Positions 8,576-19,708 of a DNA stretch of 64,000 bases are shown here, one piece after another. The DNA lies in NCBI GenBank assembly GCA_965216565.1, contig OZ244170.1:3936001-4000000 (forward strand), given 5' to 3'. Source of the DNA: Bythopirellula sp. GTDB lineage: Bacteria > Planctomycetota > Planctomycetia > Pirellulales > Lacipirellulaceae. The position numbers and the translations under genes were made by a program. Every line of letters begins with the position of its first letter. Within the stretch, counting starts at the first letter, position 1. The notes under the pieces are model-generated. The model was not told the origin of the DNA. It was given only the letters and a program-made list of their open reading frames with translations, and did not search any database.

Positions 8576-9676
8576 ATGACTTCCAGCGCAGAATCACGTC
8601 CACCGAGACCGATCCAGAATTGGGATGGTCAGGAAATCTTGCCGGGGGAATCTCGTGATGTGAAGTTAGGAGTTTCTGAAAGTTACAGCAGCATGACGGT
8701 GAAGATTCCCATTCACATCCGTCGTGCTGAGGACGATGGTCCGGTAGTGTTTGTCACAGCCGCCTTGCATGGTGACGAAATCAACGGTACCGGTGCCATC
8801 CGGGAATTGATTCAAGATGCAGATTTCCGATTAAAACGTGGAACGTTGGTGTTAGTTCCGGTGTTAAACATTTTGGGATTCGATCGCCACACACGTTATC
8901 TACCAGACCGCCGTGATCTCAACCGTTCCTTTCCCGGAGCGGTTGATGGGAGTCTGGCAAGCCGAATGGCCCATGCAATCTTTGAGAAAATCGTATTGCG
9001 CTGCGACTACGGGATCGATTTGCACACGGCCTCCGTGCGGCGAACCAACTATCCGAATGTGCGAGGCGATTTGACTGATCCTGAGGTTCGCCGCTTGGCC
9101 AAGGCTTTTGGTACCGAGATTGTGATCAATGGCAAGGGCCCTCAAGGCGCGTTTCGCCGCGAGGCTTGTCTGGCGGGTTGTCCCACGATTATTCTCGAAG
9201 GAGGAGAAGTCTGGAAAGTCGAGCCAGGAATAGTCGCCACTTCATTGCGCGGAATCAAAAACGTGCTCGCCAAGCTGGACATGATCGACAGAGTGCCGAC
9301 GCCGCCCCTATTTCAAGTTGTGATTGAAAAGACTAAATGGATTCGTGCCGAGCGCGGTGGATTCTTGCAGTTCCACGTCAAACCGGGAGACATTGTTGAA
9401 AAGGATCAGCCGTTGGCCACCAATACTACATTGTTGGGAAGAGAACACAGCATGTTACACGCCCCGTTTAATTCGATTGTGATCGGGATGACTACTCTAC
9501 CGGCGACCAGTCCTGGTGAGCCAGTGTGTCATCTCGGTCGCCTTCCCAAAGGGGTAGAACTTGCCGAACTCAATCGGAAGCGAGAGAAAGATCACGGTCT
9601 GGGCGAGCGCGTCCTGGAAGACTTGGCCTCGAACATCCATGTTGTGGAATCGACTGATGAGAAAGCTGAAAGTTAG
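8576..9676 (+). CDS. Succinylglutamate desuccinylase/aspartoacylase (M14-like) family protein
   Basis: AALHGDEING, RRDLNRSFPG, IDLHT, EGGE and a C-terminal barrel-sandwich hybrid-like segment. Confidence 0.88.
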   Translation: MTSSAESRPPRPIQNWDGQEILPGESRDVKLGVSESYSSMTVKIPIHIRRAEDDGPVVFVTAALHGDEINGTGAIRELIQDADFRLKRGTLVLVPVLNILGFDRHTRYLPDRRDLNRSFPGAVDGSLASRMAHAIFEKIVLRCDYGIDLHTASVRRTNYPNVRGDLTDPEVRRLAKAFGTEIVINGKGPQGAFRREACLAGCPTIILEGGEVWKVEPGIVATSLRGIKNVLAKLDMIDRVPTPPLFQVVIEKTKWIRAERGGFLQFHVKPGDIVEKDQPLATNTTLLGREHSMLHAPFNSIVIGMTTLPATSPGEPVCHLGRLPKGVELAELNRKREKDHGLGERVLEDLASNIHVVESTDEKAES

Positions 9677-9759
9677 TGCCAACCTTTGCGATGCTTCGCC
9701 AAGAAGAACGACATTGATATTGAGCAACACCCTCTGAGCTATTCTAGCGTCGTCTGTGG

Positions 9760-10416
9760 CTAGCCCTCGATCACCTCGATAATCCGTGTGGGCGACAACT
9801 CGCCCAAAACATCGACCACCAAGTCTGCCTGGGAAAGTTCTGCGCGAGTGGCGGTACCCACCAGGGCGATGCTCGTCATGCCGGCGTTGTTGGCCGCTTC
9901 GATTCCAGCGGGGGCATCTTCGATCACGGCGCAATAGCTGGGATCGATTTCTAGTTGCTGGGCGCCGAGCTGGAAAACTTGCGGGTCGGGCTTGCCGCGG
10001 GTGACGTCGACGCCCGTGACGATTGCCCCAAACTCTTTGACTCGCCCTAGAGATTCCAGGGTAAGCATCACATTGGCCGGCGGGCCTGAGGAACCAACCC
10101 CCAGTGCGAAGCCGGCTGTGGCGAGTGCGTCGACAAGCTCAGCAGCGCCGTCCACCGGAGGAAAGGCGTCGCGAATGATGTCGCGATAGAGGGCCTCCTT
10201 GCGATCGTCGAGCCGCTGAATTTCGTCTGCAGAAAGATCGCTTTTGTAGAGTTCTGCAATGATATCGGCGCTGGTGCGACCAAACGTAGCACGGAATTCA
10301 GCTTCGGTGAATTCGACGCCCTGCTCACTCAGCATAGCCTGCCAACTTTGGAAGTGTGCTTGATAAGAATCGATCAGCACGCCATCAACATCAAAGAGAA
10401 CTGCTTTCTTAGTCAA
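9760..10416 (-). CDS. HAD-family phosphatase (beta-PGM/CbbY-like)
   Basis: FDVDGVL motif I, GKPDP, IEDAPAGIEAA; start overlaps the actP stop. Confidence 0.88.
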   Translation of the reverse strand: MTKKAVLFDVDGVLIDSYQAHFQSWQAMLSEQGVEFTEAEFRATFGRTSADIIAELYKSDLSADEIQRLDDRKEALYRDIIRDAFPPVDGAAELVDALATAGFALGVGSSGPPANVMLTLESLGRVKEFGAIVTGVDVTRGKPDPQVFQLGAQQLEIDPSYCAVIEDAPAGIEAANNAGMTSIALVGTATRAELSQADLVVDVLGELSPTRIIEVIEG

Positions 10417-12146
10417 CTTGCCTGCTCATTTCTTGTCAGTAATGACACGATCACTAAGGTTGCGAAGCCTAGCGGAATGGTAACGATACCTGGTTGGCTG
10501 AAGGGCACGAAGGCATCTTCAGCCGACAGGCCATAGACCTTCGAGAAGGTATCGCCGCTTAAAAGAATCCAAGCCAAGGAGCTGACCATGCCTACGACAA
10601 TTGCGGCAATGATCCCCTGCTTGGTCGTCCCCTTCCAAAATAGGAGCATCACCAGTGCCGGCAAATTGGCCGAGGCTGCCACGCTAAAGGCCCATCCAAC
10701 CAGATAGCCGACATTGAGTTCTTGAAACAGAATTCCCAGGACGATTGCTAACAAGCCAATCACTACCGAGGCAATTTTGGCGAGGCGCACCTGCTCGTGA
10801 TCGGTCAGTGGTTCGTTGCTGATCATCGCCACCAAGTCATGCGCGACCGCACCGGCGGAAGCTAGAATTAACCCGCTCACTGTGCCGAGCACGGTTGTGA
10901 AGGCAATTGCCGAGATGATGGCGAACATCCACTCGCCAATGCTACGTGCCAAGAGCGGTGCGGCCATGTTGGTGTCGGTGACGTCCATCGCACCGCTGGT
11001 CATTGCACCCAGCCCCATATACAGCGTGAGGACATAGAAGAATCCGATGCAGCCAATGCCGACGATCGTGCTCATGCGCGCGGCGTGTTCATCTTTGACG
11101 GTGTAATAGCGAATTAAAATGTGTGGCAGCGAGGCAGTCCCGCAAAATAGGGCCAACATCAGCGATAAAAAGTTCAGCTTTTCAGAAAACACATCGCCGC
11201 GAATCCCCTTGAATTTGGGATGTTCCCCGGGCCGTAGCACTTGGCTACCCGGGGTTGGCTTGGGGGTGTAGGTGGTGGTGACCGTGCCATCGGTGGCGGT
11301 AGATTTCTCTGAACTCCACAGGATGACTTCGCTCTCTTGCAAAATGCGAAAGAACTCCAGCGGTCCCACGGGACCCGTTTTTTGAACACCTCCCGGCAAT
11401 TTGCTAATGTGTCCCACCGGCGGAAGCGTGGCCTGCCCTTCTTCAGTTCCTCGCGGTACCCCGTTGATAAGTGTCTGTCCGTCAGGAGTCTTCGTGACGG
11501 TGATTGGCCCTAGCGGTTTGTCTTGGACTTCGAACCCTCGCTGGAGAATCATAACGGTTAGCACACCGCTAAAAAGTACGAGCAGAGATCCTTTGAGGAA
11601 TTGCACCCAAGTGGTGGAGACCATGCCGGCAGTCACGACGATAGTGATCACCACGGCACCAACGATGGCGACACCCGCCCAATGTGGCAATCCCAAGAGT
11701 GGTTGCACGAGCACGCCTGCTCCCACCATTTGCGGGATGAGGTAGAACACGCTGACGGCCAAGGTGCTAATGCCCGCGGCAACTTTGATGCCAGGCGAAT
11801 CGAACGTGGAGTTAAGCGCATCGGCAAACGTGAATTTTCCGAGCCGTTTCATAGGCTCAGCGACAACGAACAGGGCCACCACCCAACCGGCCAGAAAACC
11901 AATGGAGTACAAAAATCCGTCGTAGCCGAAGAAGGCGATCATGCCGCAGATGCCCAGGAACGACGCGGCCGAGAGGTAATCGCCGGCGAATGCCACGCCG
12001 TTGACGAACCAAGGGATTTCTCCGTGGGCTGCAAAGTAGCCGGCGGACGACTTTGCCTTGCGACCGAGATAAAAACTCAGGCCGAGGGTTATACCAACGA
12101 ACAAACAGAAGATGACAATCGCCTGAGGCGACGCGGAATGGATCAC
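10413..12146 (-). CDS. actP: Cation/acetate symporter (sodium:solute symporter family)
   Basis: NGVAFAGDYLSAASFLG, YLIPQMVGAG, GTASLPHILIRYYTV, AASANLP; GTG start overlaps the upstream stop (GTGA). Confidence 0.88.
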   Translation of the reverse strand: MIHSASPQAIVIFCLFVGITLGLSFYLGRKAKSSAGYFAAHGEIPWFVNGVAFAGDYLSAASFLGICGMIAFFGYDGFLYSIGFLAGWVVALFVVAEPMKRLGKFTFADALNSTFDSPGIKVAAGISTLAVSVFYLIPQMVGAGVLVQPLLGLPHWAGVAIVGAVVITIVVTAGMVSTTWVQFLKGSLLVLFSGVLTVMILQRGFEVQDKPLGPITVTKTPDGQTLINGVPRGTEEGQATLPPVGHISKLPGGVQKTGPVGPLEFFRILQESEVILWSSEKSTATDGTVTTTYTPKPTPGSQVLRPGEHPKFKGIRGDVFSEKLNFLSLMLALFCGTASLPHILIRYYTVKDEHAARMSTIVGIGCIGFFYVLTLYMGLGAMTSGAMDVTDTNMAAPLLARSIGEWMFAIISAIAFTTVLGTVSGLILASAGAVAHDLVAMISNEPLTDHEQVRLAKIASVVIGLLAIVLGILFQELNVGYLVGWAFSVAASANLPALVMLLFWKGTTKQGIIAAIVVGMVSSLAWILLSGDTFSKVYGLSAEDAFVPFSQPGIVTIPLGFATLVIVSLLTRNEQAS

Positions 12147-12385
12147 GAGTGGTCCTCCGTCTTTTCGGATCTCGGACCGGGATCGCACATCTTTCCGTAA
12201 ATCAACGCTAGTACAAATGCTGCCACAATGAGGGCAAAGCCGTAGATGATGGCGAGATTGATTCCCTCCAGCGGCATCTTCTCCATGGCGTCTGGCGAAA
12301 ATGCACTCAAGCCGACAAAACCACCATATAGCAGCAAGTAGAACAGGAAGAACTTCAGGCCGAGACGCGAGTTACTAGATTTCAT
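12143..12385 (-). CDS. DUF485 (YjcH-like) small membrane protein
   Basis: 80 aa with two TM helices (LGLKFFLFYLLLYGGFV; GINLAIIYGFALI); the usual partner directly upstream of actP. Confidence 0.8.
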   Translation of the reverse strand: MKSSNSRLGLKFFLFYLLLYGGFVGLSAFSPDAMEKMPLEGINLAIIYGFALIVAAFVLALIYGKMCDPGPRSEKTEDHS

Positions 12386-12486
12386 CTTTGCAAGGACCCG
12401 AGGAGTGCGAGAAAAGTCAGGTCCTAGGATAACCCGCGGCAAAGCGGATTGAAAGTGCGGCTCAGTAATCAGGAATAGATCGAATG

Positions 12487-13104
12487 CTAGTTCCCTGGGA
12501 ACGAGTATTGGTTGTAAAGTTTCGTGAGTTGCGGCTGATGTTCCTTGGGTATGGTGATGGTGACCCCAGGCCAAAGGTATTTTAGGACGAACTCGTTCTT
12601 TGGTTGCCACCGGGGATTCCAAAGTTCGATTGCCTCCACGGTACCCTCTTCACTGCGTAGCACTTCCAGATAGTCCCACCCTCGGAACATGCAGTGATAG
12701 ATAATTCCTGCTGACGAAACGCTGAGAGTATTGAACAAAAAGACCAGGCAAATGCTGACGAGGATGGGAATTGAAGCACCCGTGAAGGCGGCCACACCGG
12801 TGGGGTGTCGGTCAAAATAGATTGCAGCAATGCCGAAGGCGACTATGACTAATAGCTGCTGGAGGAGTGCTTTCCAAGGAATCGGCGGGACGAACGATAC
12901 CACAATCGGGCCTGCCTTGCCGCGAGACCAGCGAAGTCCCAAGAACGAAAACGCGAGCGTGGACATCACAAAGGTAACGGCAAAGAGAAGCAGTCCCCGT
13001 TTGTATTGCGGACTAACGTCGAGTTGCAACACCTGGCTGGCGGTCGTCAGATAAACGCCCAGCATGAGCATCAGCAACAGCATGTCTCGCAGGCGAAAGC
13101 GCAT
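12487..13104 (-). CDS. Hypothetical membrane protein with MRFRLRDMLLLM leader
   Basis: About four hydrophobic helices; N-terminal RFxL motif. Confidence 0.7.
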   Translation of the reverse strand: MRFRLRDMLLLMLMLGVYLTTASQVLQLDVSPQYKRGLLLFAVTFVMSTLAFSFLGLRWSRGKAGPIVVSFVPPIPWKALLQQLLVIVAFGIAAIYFDRHPTGVAAFTGASIPILVSICLVFLFNTLSVSSAGIIYHCMFRGWDYLEVLRSEEGTVEAIELWNPRWQPKNEFVLKYLWPGVTITIPKEHQPQLTKLYNQYSFPGN

Positions 13105-13199
13105 AAGATTCTGCCCAAACGGGACCACGAATGTAGCGGATTCAACGAATGACAAGGATCGATCTCATTCGCGATATTCGACTAGTTCGTGGTCAACCT

Positions 13200-14840
13200 T
13201 CACACCAGTTGTTGTGGCAGGTTGAGCCCTGGGGCGGCAAGGGTGCTGTCGGTGCCGGTGAGGAATTCGTCGATAGCTCGTGCTGCCCCACGGCCTTCGT
13301 TAATCGCCCACACCACCAGGCTTTGACCGCGTCGGCAATCGCCTGCAGCGAATACGCCTTCGAGGTTGGTAGCAAAATCGCCGTGCTTGGCGGCAAAGGT
13401 TTTCCAATTGCCGCGTGGGTTTTGGGTGTCTAGCCCCAGCATCTCGCCGACGGTGAGTTCTGGCCCGACAAAGCCGGTAGCTAAGAACACTAAGTCGGCA
13501 GGCCAAACTTTTTCGCTTCCAACTACCTCTGAGAAGGGTGCCTTCTCGCCTGGCTTCGACCAATCGACGGTGACAGTCTTCACGCCGCTGACACGACCAT
13601 TGCCGTCGTCCACAAATTCCTTGGTCATCACGTTAAACTGTCGGGGATCGTCGCCCAGCTTGGCGGCAGTTTCGGCGTGTGAATAGTCTACGCGATAAAT
13701 TCGCGGCCATTGCGGCCAGGGATTGTTCGCGGCCCGTTGTTCCGGTGGGACATCCAGCAATTCGAAATTGACGATACTGTTGGCACCGTGCCGAAGCGAC
13801 GTACCGATGCAGTCGGCTCCCGTATCGCCACCACCGATGACAATTACATTCTTTCCGGCAGCGGAGAGATACTCGCCATCGGGGCTGGGGGCATCAAGCA
13901 CGGAACCGGGCACTAGGCGATGGGGTGCACCGTTCGACTTAGTCGCGATTGTCTCGTCCAACAATGCCTTCGTATTACGGGTAAGAAAGTCCATGGCTAG
14001 ATGAATGCCATCGAGTTCCCGACCGGGGCAGCCTCCGGTGGGATCAAACGGTTTTGTCGCACCAGTGGCCATGAGCAAGGCGTCGAAGTTTTCGAGCAAT
14101 TCCTTGGGATCGATAAACTCCATCTTGCAGCCCCGCTCCATCATGATTTGAGTCATGTGCCCGGGCTGGAAATCTTCTTCCAGTCCCACGTGGGCACAAG
14201 TGACGAACTCGATCCCCTCCTTCTTCAGCAGATTTATACGACGTTCTACGACCCCCTTGTCGAGCTTCATATTGGGAATCCCGTACATCAGTAGTCCACC
14301 GATGCGGTCGGCCCGTTCGTAAACAGTTACCGAATGGCCAGCCTTATTGAGCTGTGCAGCGGCTGCGAGCCCAGCAGGCCCACTGCCGACAACGGCCACC
14401 TTTTTGCCGGTGCGGTGCGACGGCGGCTGCGCAGTCACCCATCCTTCGGCAAACCCGCGGTCGATAATTGCGTTCTCGATATTCTTAATCGTCACGGCAG
14501 GATCGATGATTCCCAGCACGCAGGCCCCTTCGCACGGTGCAGGACAGGCTCGGCCGGTGAACTCGGGGAAATTGTTGGTCTTATGAAGCCGATCCAGCGC
14601 TTCCTGCCAGCGACCGTGGTAGACCAAGTCGTTCCACTCTGGAATCAAATTGTCGATGGGACAACCCGTATCCGACTGGCAGAATGGCACCCCGCAATCC
14701 ATGCATCGCGCACCCTGGGTGCGAAGATGCTCCTCGGCTGGTTCCGTGTAAATCTCTAGAAAATCGCCAGCCCGCGCAAGCGGATCCCGATAGGGTACAA
14801 CTTCACGAGAGAATTCTTTAAATCCGGTAGGTTTGCCCAT
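13200..14840 (-). CDS. gltD: Glutamate synthase small (beta) subunit
   Basis: [60 protein letters not shown]. Confidence 0.97.
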   Translation of the reverse strand: MGKPTGFKEFSREVVPYRDPLARAGDFLEIYTEPAEEHLRTQGARCMDCGVPFCQSDTGCPIDNLIPEWNDLVYHGRWQEALDRLHKTNNFPEFTGRACPAPCEGACVLGIIDPAVTIKNIENAIIDRGFAEGWVTAQPPSHRTGKKVAVVGSGPAGLAAAAQLNKAGHSVTVYERADRIGGLLMYGIPNMKLDKGVVERRINLLKKEGIEFVTCAHVGLEEDFQPGHMTQIMMERGCKMEFIDPKELLENFDALLMATGATKPFDPTGGCPGRELDGIHLAMDFLTRNTKALLDETIATKSNGAPHRLVPGSVLDAPSPDGEYLSAAGKNVIVIGGGDTGADCIGTSLRHGANSIVNFELLDVPPEQRAANNPWPQWPRIYRVDYSHAETAAKLGDDPRQFNVMTKEFVDDGNGRVSGVKTVTVDWSKPGEKAPFSEVVGSEKVWPADLVFLATGFVGPELTVGEMLGLDTQNPRGNWKTFAAKHGDFATNLEGVFAAGDCRRGQSLVVWAINEGRGAARAIDEFLTGTDSTLAAPGLNLPQQLV

Positions 14841-14845
14841 GGTAC

Positions 14846-14967
14846 GTCAGTTGTTAGTAGTTAATGGTCATTTGGATTGTTAAACCAAGAAGGCACGGAG
14901 AGCACTAAGGTACGCATTGTGTGAACATTCGTAACTATTTGTGGCTGTGGTTGCTCTCCGTCTTCTT
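14846..14967. repeat. Intergenic heptamer run plus imperfect inverted repeat between gltB and gltD
   Basis: GTCAGTT-GTTAGTA-GTTAATG-GTCATTT (14846-14873); AAGAAG[GC]ACGGAGAGCA (14887-14904) pairs with TGCTCTCCGTCTTCTT (14952-14967). Confidence 0.5.
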
Positions 14968-15006
14968 TGTGTCTTTGTGATTATTCTTTGCATCTTGGCG
15001 AGTGTA

Positions 15007-18000
15007 TTAAACAACCGCAGGCTCTTCCGCTTGCGATTGTCTTTCCATCAAAACGCGTTTGTAGTCGGTGGGCATCACTTTGACAAATTGCGGGAGTGTT
15101 TCATCCCAACGGTCCAGTATGTCTGCCGCGACGGTCGATTGCGTGTAGTTCTGATGCAACTCGATTAGTTCGCGTAGTTCGGCAAGATCTTCGCCGTCGA
15201 CTACTTTCTCCAACTCGACCATGCCGAGATTGCAACGGGTTGCCAAGGCGTCTTTCGGGTCCCAGATATAGGCCACCCCGCCGCTCATTCCCGCGGCAAA
15301 GTTGCGACCCGTTGGGCCGAGTATCACGACGCGCCCCCCGGTCATGTATTCGCAACCATGGTCGCCAACCCCTTCGATTACGGCTTGAGCGCCGCTATTG
15401 CGGACGGCGAATCGTTCTGCTGCGCGACCCCGATAGAAAGCCTGACCCCCGGTCGCTCCGTACAGACAGACGTTGCCGACGATAATATTGTCTTCGGCGG
15501 CAAAGCTAGAATTCTTCGGCGGGTAGATAATGATCTTGCCCCCAGAGAGTCCTTTGCCGATGTAGTCGTTGGCGTCGCCTTCCAGTTCTAGAGTCACGCC
15601 CTTGGACAAGAACGCGCCAAAGCTCTGCCCGGCTGAACCGTTGAATTTGAAATGGATAGTGTCGTCGGGGAGGCCCTGCTGACCCCATTTCTTGGCAATC
15701 TCGTTGGAGAGGATCGTACCCACGGTGCGATTGATATTCACAATCGGCAGTTCGGCGCGAACTTTGTCTCCGTTTTCCAAAGCTGGTTTGGCGAGATCCA
15801 ATAGCTTGGTAATGTCCAGTGACTTATCGAGTCCGTGATCTTGGCCTTGAGTACAGTAGGTGCCGACATCCTCGTGAGGAAGTTCGACAGGAGTTAGTAA
15901 GCTGGTAAGGTCTAGCCCGTCGGCCTTCCAGTGCTTGATCGCATCGTCGGTCTCCAGGCAGTCGACTCGTCCCACCATTTCGTCGATCGTGCGGAACCCG
16001 AGTTCCGCCATCAAGGTGCGGGCCTCTTCGGCGACCATGAACAGGTAGTTGACGACGTGCTCCGGTTTTCCGTTGAATTTCTTTCGCAGTTCAGGGTCTT
16101 GCGTGGCGATGCCGACCGGGCAAGTGTTCAGGTGGCACTTACGCATCATGATACATCCAAGGGTAATCAGCGGTGCCGTGGAGAAACCGAACTCTTCGGC
16201 ACCTAGCAAAGCGGCGATGACCACGTCGCGGCCAGTTTTCAGCCCGCCATCGGTCTGCAGTACTACGCGGCTTCGCAAATCATTGAGCACTAGTGTCTGG
16301 TGTGTTTCGGCAATGCCCAGTTCCCACGGCAATCCGGCGTGTTTGATGCTAGTTAGTGGAGACGCACCTGTGCCACCGCCATCGCCTGAGATGAGGATGT
16401 GGTCGGCAAAGCCTTTTGCCACGCCTGCAGCGATGGTGCCAACACCCACTTCGGAAACTAACTTCACGCTTACTCGCGATTCGCGGTTCGCATTTTTCAA
16501 ATCGTGGATTAGTTGTTTTAGATCCTCAATGGAGTAAATGTCGTGATGCGGCGGCGGGCTGATGAGCCCCACACCCGGCGTCGAATAACGTATTCGCGCG
16601 ATCGTGTCATCCACTTTGCGACCGGGCAGTTCGCCGCCCTCCCCTGGCTTAGCGCCCTGGGAGATCTTGATTTGCAACTCGTCGGCATTGGTTAGATAGT
16701 TGATCGTGACACCAAAACGCCCAGAGGCTACCTGCTTAATGGCCGATCGCTTGGAGTCTCCATTTTCGAGTGGTTCAAACCGCACGGGGTCTTCGCCACC
16801 CTCGCCGGTGTTGCTCTTACCACCCATGCGATTCATGGCGATGGCTAACGATTCGTGTGCCTCGGCTGAGATCGAACCGAACGACATTGCCCCCGTGCAG
16901 AATCGCTTGACGATTTCCGTGGCACTTTGGACTTCTTCAATGGGAATACTGCCGCCGTTGCTGCCGGGCTTCAATTTCAAAAGTCCCCGCAGTTGGCAGC
17001 GTGTCCGTGCGTCGTGGTTAATGTGTTCGGCAAATCTTTGATAAGCATCTTTGTCACCCGATCGGGCGGCAACTTGGATATCAGTGATCGATTTGGGATC
17101 CCACATGTGGCGTTCGCCTTCGGCACGCCAATGAAATTCACCCGGGTTGGGGAGTACCGGCAGACGGACTGCTTCTTGTCGCGGATAGCCGAGCGCGTGG
17201 CGGCGCATTGCTTCTTGAGCAAGAACATCGAAGTTCACGCCTTGAATACGGCTGGCAGTTCCCACGAAGCAGCGATCAATGACTTCGTCGCGGAGGCCCA
17301 CTGCCTCGAAGATTTGGGCACCCTTATAACTTTGCAACGTGGAGATGCCAATTTTGGCCATTACTTTGAGCATGCCTTTAGCGACGCCCTTACGGTACTT
17401 GGCCACTAGATCGTGGTCTTCTTTGGTAACGGGATCGTAGATTTCGCCATCGGCCACGGCTTCTACTGCGGGATGGGCGTCCCCTTCGCCACTCTCAGCG
17501 TCGGAAAGTGCCGGTTCGCCACTGCCTAGCAGGCCTTCTCGGCGTGCTTGCCACAACGACTCGAATGCCAGGTAAGGATTGATGGCATCGGCCCCGTAAC
17601 CGACAAGGAGGCAGTGATGATGTACTTCGCGGGCTTCGCCGGTCTCGACGACAAGTGCAACGCGAGTCCGCTTTGATTGCTTGACTAAATGATGGTGCAC
17701 AGCCCCCACTGCCAACAAAGCTGGAATTGGAACGCGGCCTTCGCGAACTTCACGATCAGAAAGCAATAGCGTGGTTTCGCCAGCATCGACAGCTTGTTCG
17801 GCCTCTAGGCACACTCGGTCGAGCGCTTTGACCATTCCTTCCGCACCGTGACTGCGTGGCCAGGTGATGTCCAGCGTCTCGGTGCTCCAGCCGGGCTGGG
17901 TCATGTGACGGATGGCAGCAAGCTGTTCGTTCGACAGAATCGGATGAGGAACCCGCAGCCGATGTGCGTGTTCTTCGGTGGTTTCCAACAGGTTGCGTTC

Positions 18001-19674
18001 AGGCCCGATATAGCACTCGAGCGACATGATGACTTCCTCGCGAATCGAATCGATCGCTGGATTAGTCACCTGCGCGAAAAGCTGGCGAAAATAGTCGTAT
18101 AGCATTCGCGGCTTATCGGAGAGGCATGCCAGGCACGAATCATTGCCCATTGATCCAATGGGATCTTTCTCCACAGCAATCAGAGGCAGCAACATGAACT
18201 TCATGGTTTCGATGGTATAGCCAAACGCTTGCATTCGTTGCAGTAACGTTGCCGAATCGAAACCGTGCGCCTCGTTTTCTGGTTCTAGGTCGTTGAGCGA
18301 AATGCGTTGATCCTGAATCCACTTGGCATAAGGCCGTCGCGAAGCAAAGTCACTTTTCAACTCTTCATCGGGAATCAATCGCCCTTCGTCGAAATCGACC
18401 AGAAACATCTTGCCCGGCTGCAGTCGCCCTTTAATCTTCACATTGTCCGGTTCGATGGTGGGGAGTACGCCAACTTCGCTGGCCATGATCACCCGGTCGT
18501 CGTGGGTGATGTAATAGCGTGAAGGCCGCAGCCCGTTGCGATCGAGTACGGCACCAATGTATTTGCCGTCGGTAAACGCTATCGAAGCGGGGCCGTCCCA
18601 GGGTTCCATCAGAGTGGAGTTGTATTCGTAGAAGGCCCGCTTGTCTTCGGGCATCGTCAAATGGTTTTGCCATGCCTCGGGCACCATCATCATGACGGCT
18701 TCCTGCAAGGTTCGGCCCGACATCAGCAAGAATTCCAGCACATTGTCAAACGTACCTGAATCGCTGCAATCGGGTTCGACGACTGGAAACAACTTTTCCA
18801 GATCGTCCCCAAACAAGTCGCTCTCTGCCACGCCCTGACGAGCCTTCATCCAATTCATGTTGCCACGTAAGGTATTGATTTCGCCATTGTGGCTCATGAA
18901 TCGGCATGGCTGCGCGCGGTCCCAGGAAGGAAATGTGTTTGTGGAAAATCGCGAATGCACCATTGCTAGGTGGCTAGTGTAGTCGGGGTCGGCTAGATCC
19001 GGGAAATAGCTGAACAGCTGCTCCGTGTTGAGCATGCCCTTGTAAATAATCACTTTGGTCGACAGCGAGCAGATGTAGAACATCTTGGCCTGCGAAAGCG
19101 ACTCATCTGTGCGTAGTAGGTGACTAGCCTGCTTGCGGATGAGATAGAGTTCGCGCTCAAAGGCGTCGCCATCGATGCCGTCAGCTGCGGCGACAACCAA
19201 TTGTTCGATTTGTGGCTCGCCAGCTTGCGCGGTCGGGCCAACGTCGGCCGCTTTCTTGTCAGTTGGTACAAGCCGCCAGCCGACGAGCTTCTGGCCACGT
19301 TCGGCAATCAGCTTTTCGATCGTCCGCTTGCACTGGTCGCGCTCCATTTCGATTCTTGGCAGAAACACATTGCCGGCGGCAAACCGTCCGGGCTTGGGCA
19401 GGTCGACGCCCAGGTCTTGCTTAACGACTTTCTGCAAAAACTCGTGCGGGAGAGCGGTGAGAACACCGGCACCGTCACCCGTGTTGGCCTCGCAACCACA
19501 AGCACCGCGGTGATCCATGTTGCGAAGTATTTCTTCGGAGTCGACGACAATCTGGTGACTCCGCTCGCCCTTAATATGCGCGATGAACCCGACGCCGCAC
19601 GAATCGTGCTCGTTGGCGGGGTCGTAGAGGCCTTGCTTGGCTGGGTAATGAATCAAGTCTGTTTTCTGCTGCAT
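15007..19674 (-). CDS. gltB: Glutamate synthase large (alpha) subunit
   Basis: EHDSCGVGF (Ntn amidotransferase Cys), HSRFSTNTFPSW, HNGEIN, QGAKPGEGG, CIMMRKCHLNTC 3Fe-4S motif, GXGXG domain. Confidence 0.98.
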   Translation of the reverse strand: MQQKTDLIHYPAKQGLYDPANEHDSCGVGFIAHIKGERSHQIVVDSEEILRNMDHRGACGCEANTGDGAGVLTALPHEFLQKVVKQDLGVDLPKPGRFAAGNVFLPRIEMERDQCKRTIEKLIAERGQKLVGWRLVPTDKKAADVGPTAQAGEPQIEQLVVAAADGIDGDAFERELYLIRKQASHLLRTDESLSQAKMFYICSLSTKVIIYKGMLNTEQLFSYFPDLADPDYTSHLAMVHSRFSTNTFPSWDRAQPCRFMSHNGEINTLRGNMNWMKARQGVAESDLFGDDLEKLFPVVEPDCSDSGTFDNVLEFLLMSGRTLQEAVMMMVPEAWQNHLTMPEDKRAFYEYNSTLMEPWDGPASIAFTDGKYIGAVLDRNGLRPSRYYITHDDRVIMASEVGVLPTIEPDNVKIKGRLQPGKMFLVDFDEGRLIPDEELKSDFASRRPYAKWIQDQRISLNDLEPENEAHGFDSATLLQRMQAFGYTIETMKFMLLPLIAVEKDPIGSMGNDSCLACLSDKPRMLYDYFRQLFAQVTNPAIDSIREEVIMSLECYIGPERNLLETTEEHAHRLRVPHPILSNEQLAAIRHMTQPGWSTETLDITWPRSHGAEGMVKALDRVCLEAEQAVDAGETTLLLSDREVREGRVPIPALLAVGAVHHHLVKQSKRTRVALVVETGEAREVHHHCLLVGYGADAINPYLAFESLWQARREGLLGSGEPALSDAESGEGDAHPAVEAVADGEIYDPVTKEDHDLVAKYRKGVAKGMLKVMAKIGISTLQSYKGAQIFEAVGLRDEVIDRCFVGTASRIQGVNFDVLAQEAMRRHALGYPRQEAVRLPVLPNPGEFHWRAEGERHMWDPKSITDIQVAARSGDKDAYQRFAEHINHDARTRCQLRGLLKLKPGSNGGSIPIEEVQSATEIVKRFCTGAMSFGSISAEAHESLAIAMNRMGGKSNTGEGGEDPVRFEPLENGDSKRSAIKQVASGRFGVTINYLTNADELQIKISQGAKPGEGGELPGRKVDDTIARIRYSTPGVGLISPPPHHDIYSIEDLKQLIHDLKNANRESRVSVKLVSEVGVGTIAAGVAKGFADHILISGDGGGTGASPLTSIKHAGLPWELGIAETHQTLVLNDLRSRVVLQTDGGLKTGRDVVIAALLGAEEFGFSTAPLITLGCIMMRKCHLNTCPVGIATQDPELRKKFNGKPEHVVNYLFMVAEEARTLMAELGFRTIDEMVGRVDCLETDDAIKHWKADGLDLTSLLTPVELPHEDVGTYCTQGQDHGLDKSLDITKLLDLAKPALENGDKVRAELPIVNINRTVGTILSNEIAKKWGQQGLPDDTIHFKFNGSAGQSFGAFLSKGVTLELEGDANDYIGKGLSGGKIIIYPPKNSSFAAEDNIIVGNVCLYGATGGQAFYRGRAAERFAVRNSGAQAVIEGVGDHGCEYMTGGRVVILGPTGRNFAAGMSGGVAYIWDPKDALATRCNLGMVELEKVVDGEDLAELRELIELHQNYTQSTVAADILDRWDETLPQFVKVMPTDYKRVLMERQSQAEEPAVV

Positions 19675-19708
19675 GATTATCTTTCCACCTAGGTAACTGA
19701 CATGAAAG

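Noticed and set aside
13300..19692. Many 60-190 aa plus-strand ORFs over gltD and gltB
   Set aside because: Antisense shadows of highly conserved genes in GC-rich DNA; no motifs or RBS.
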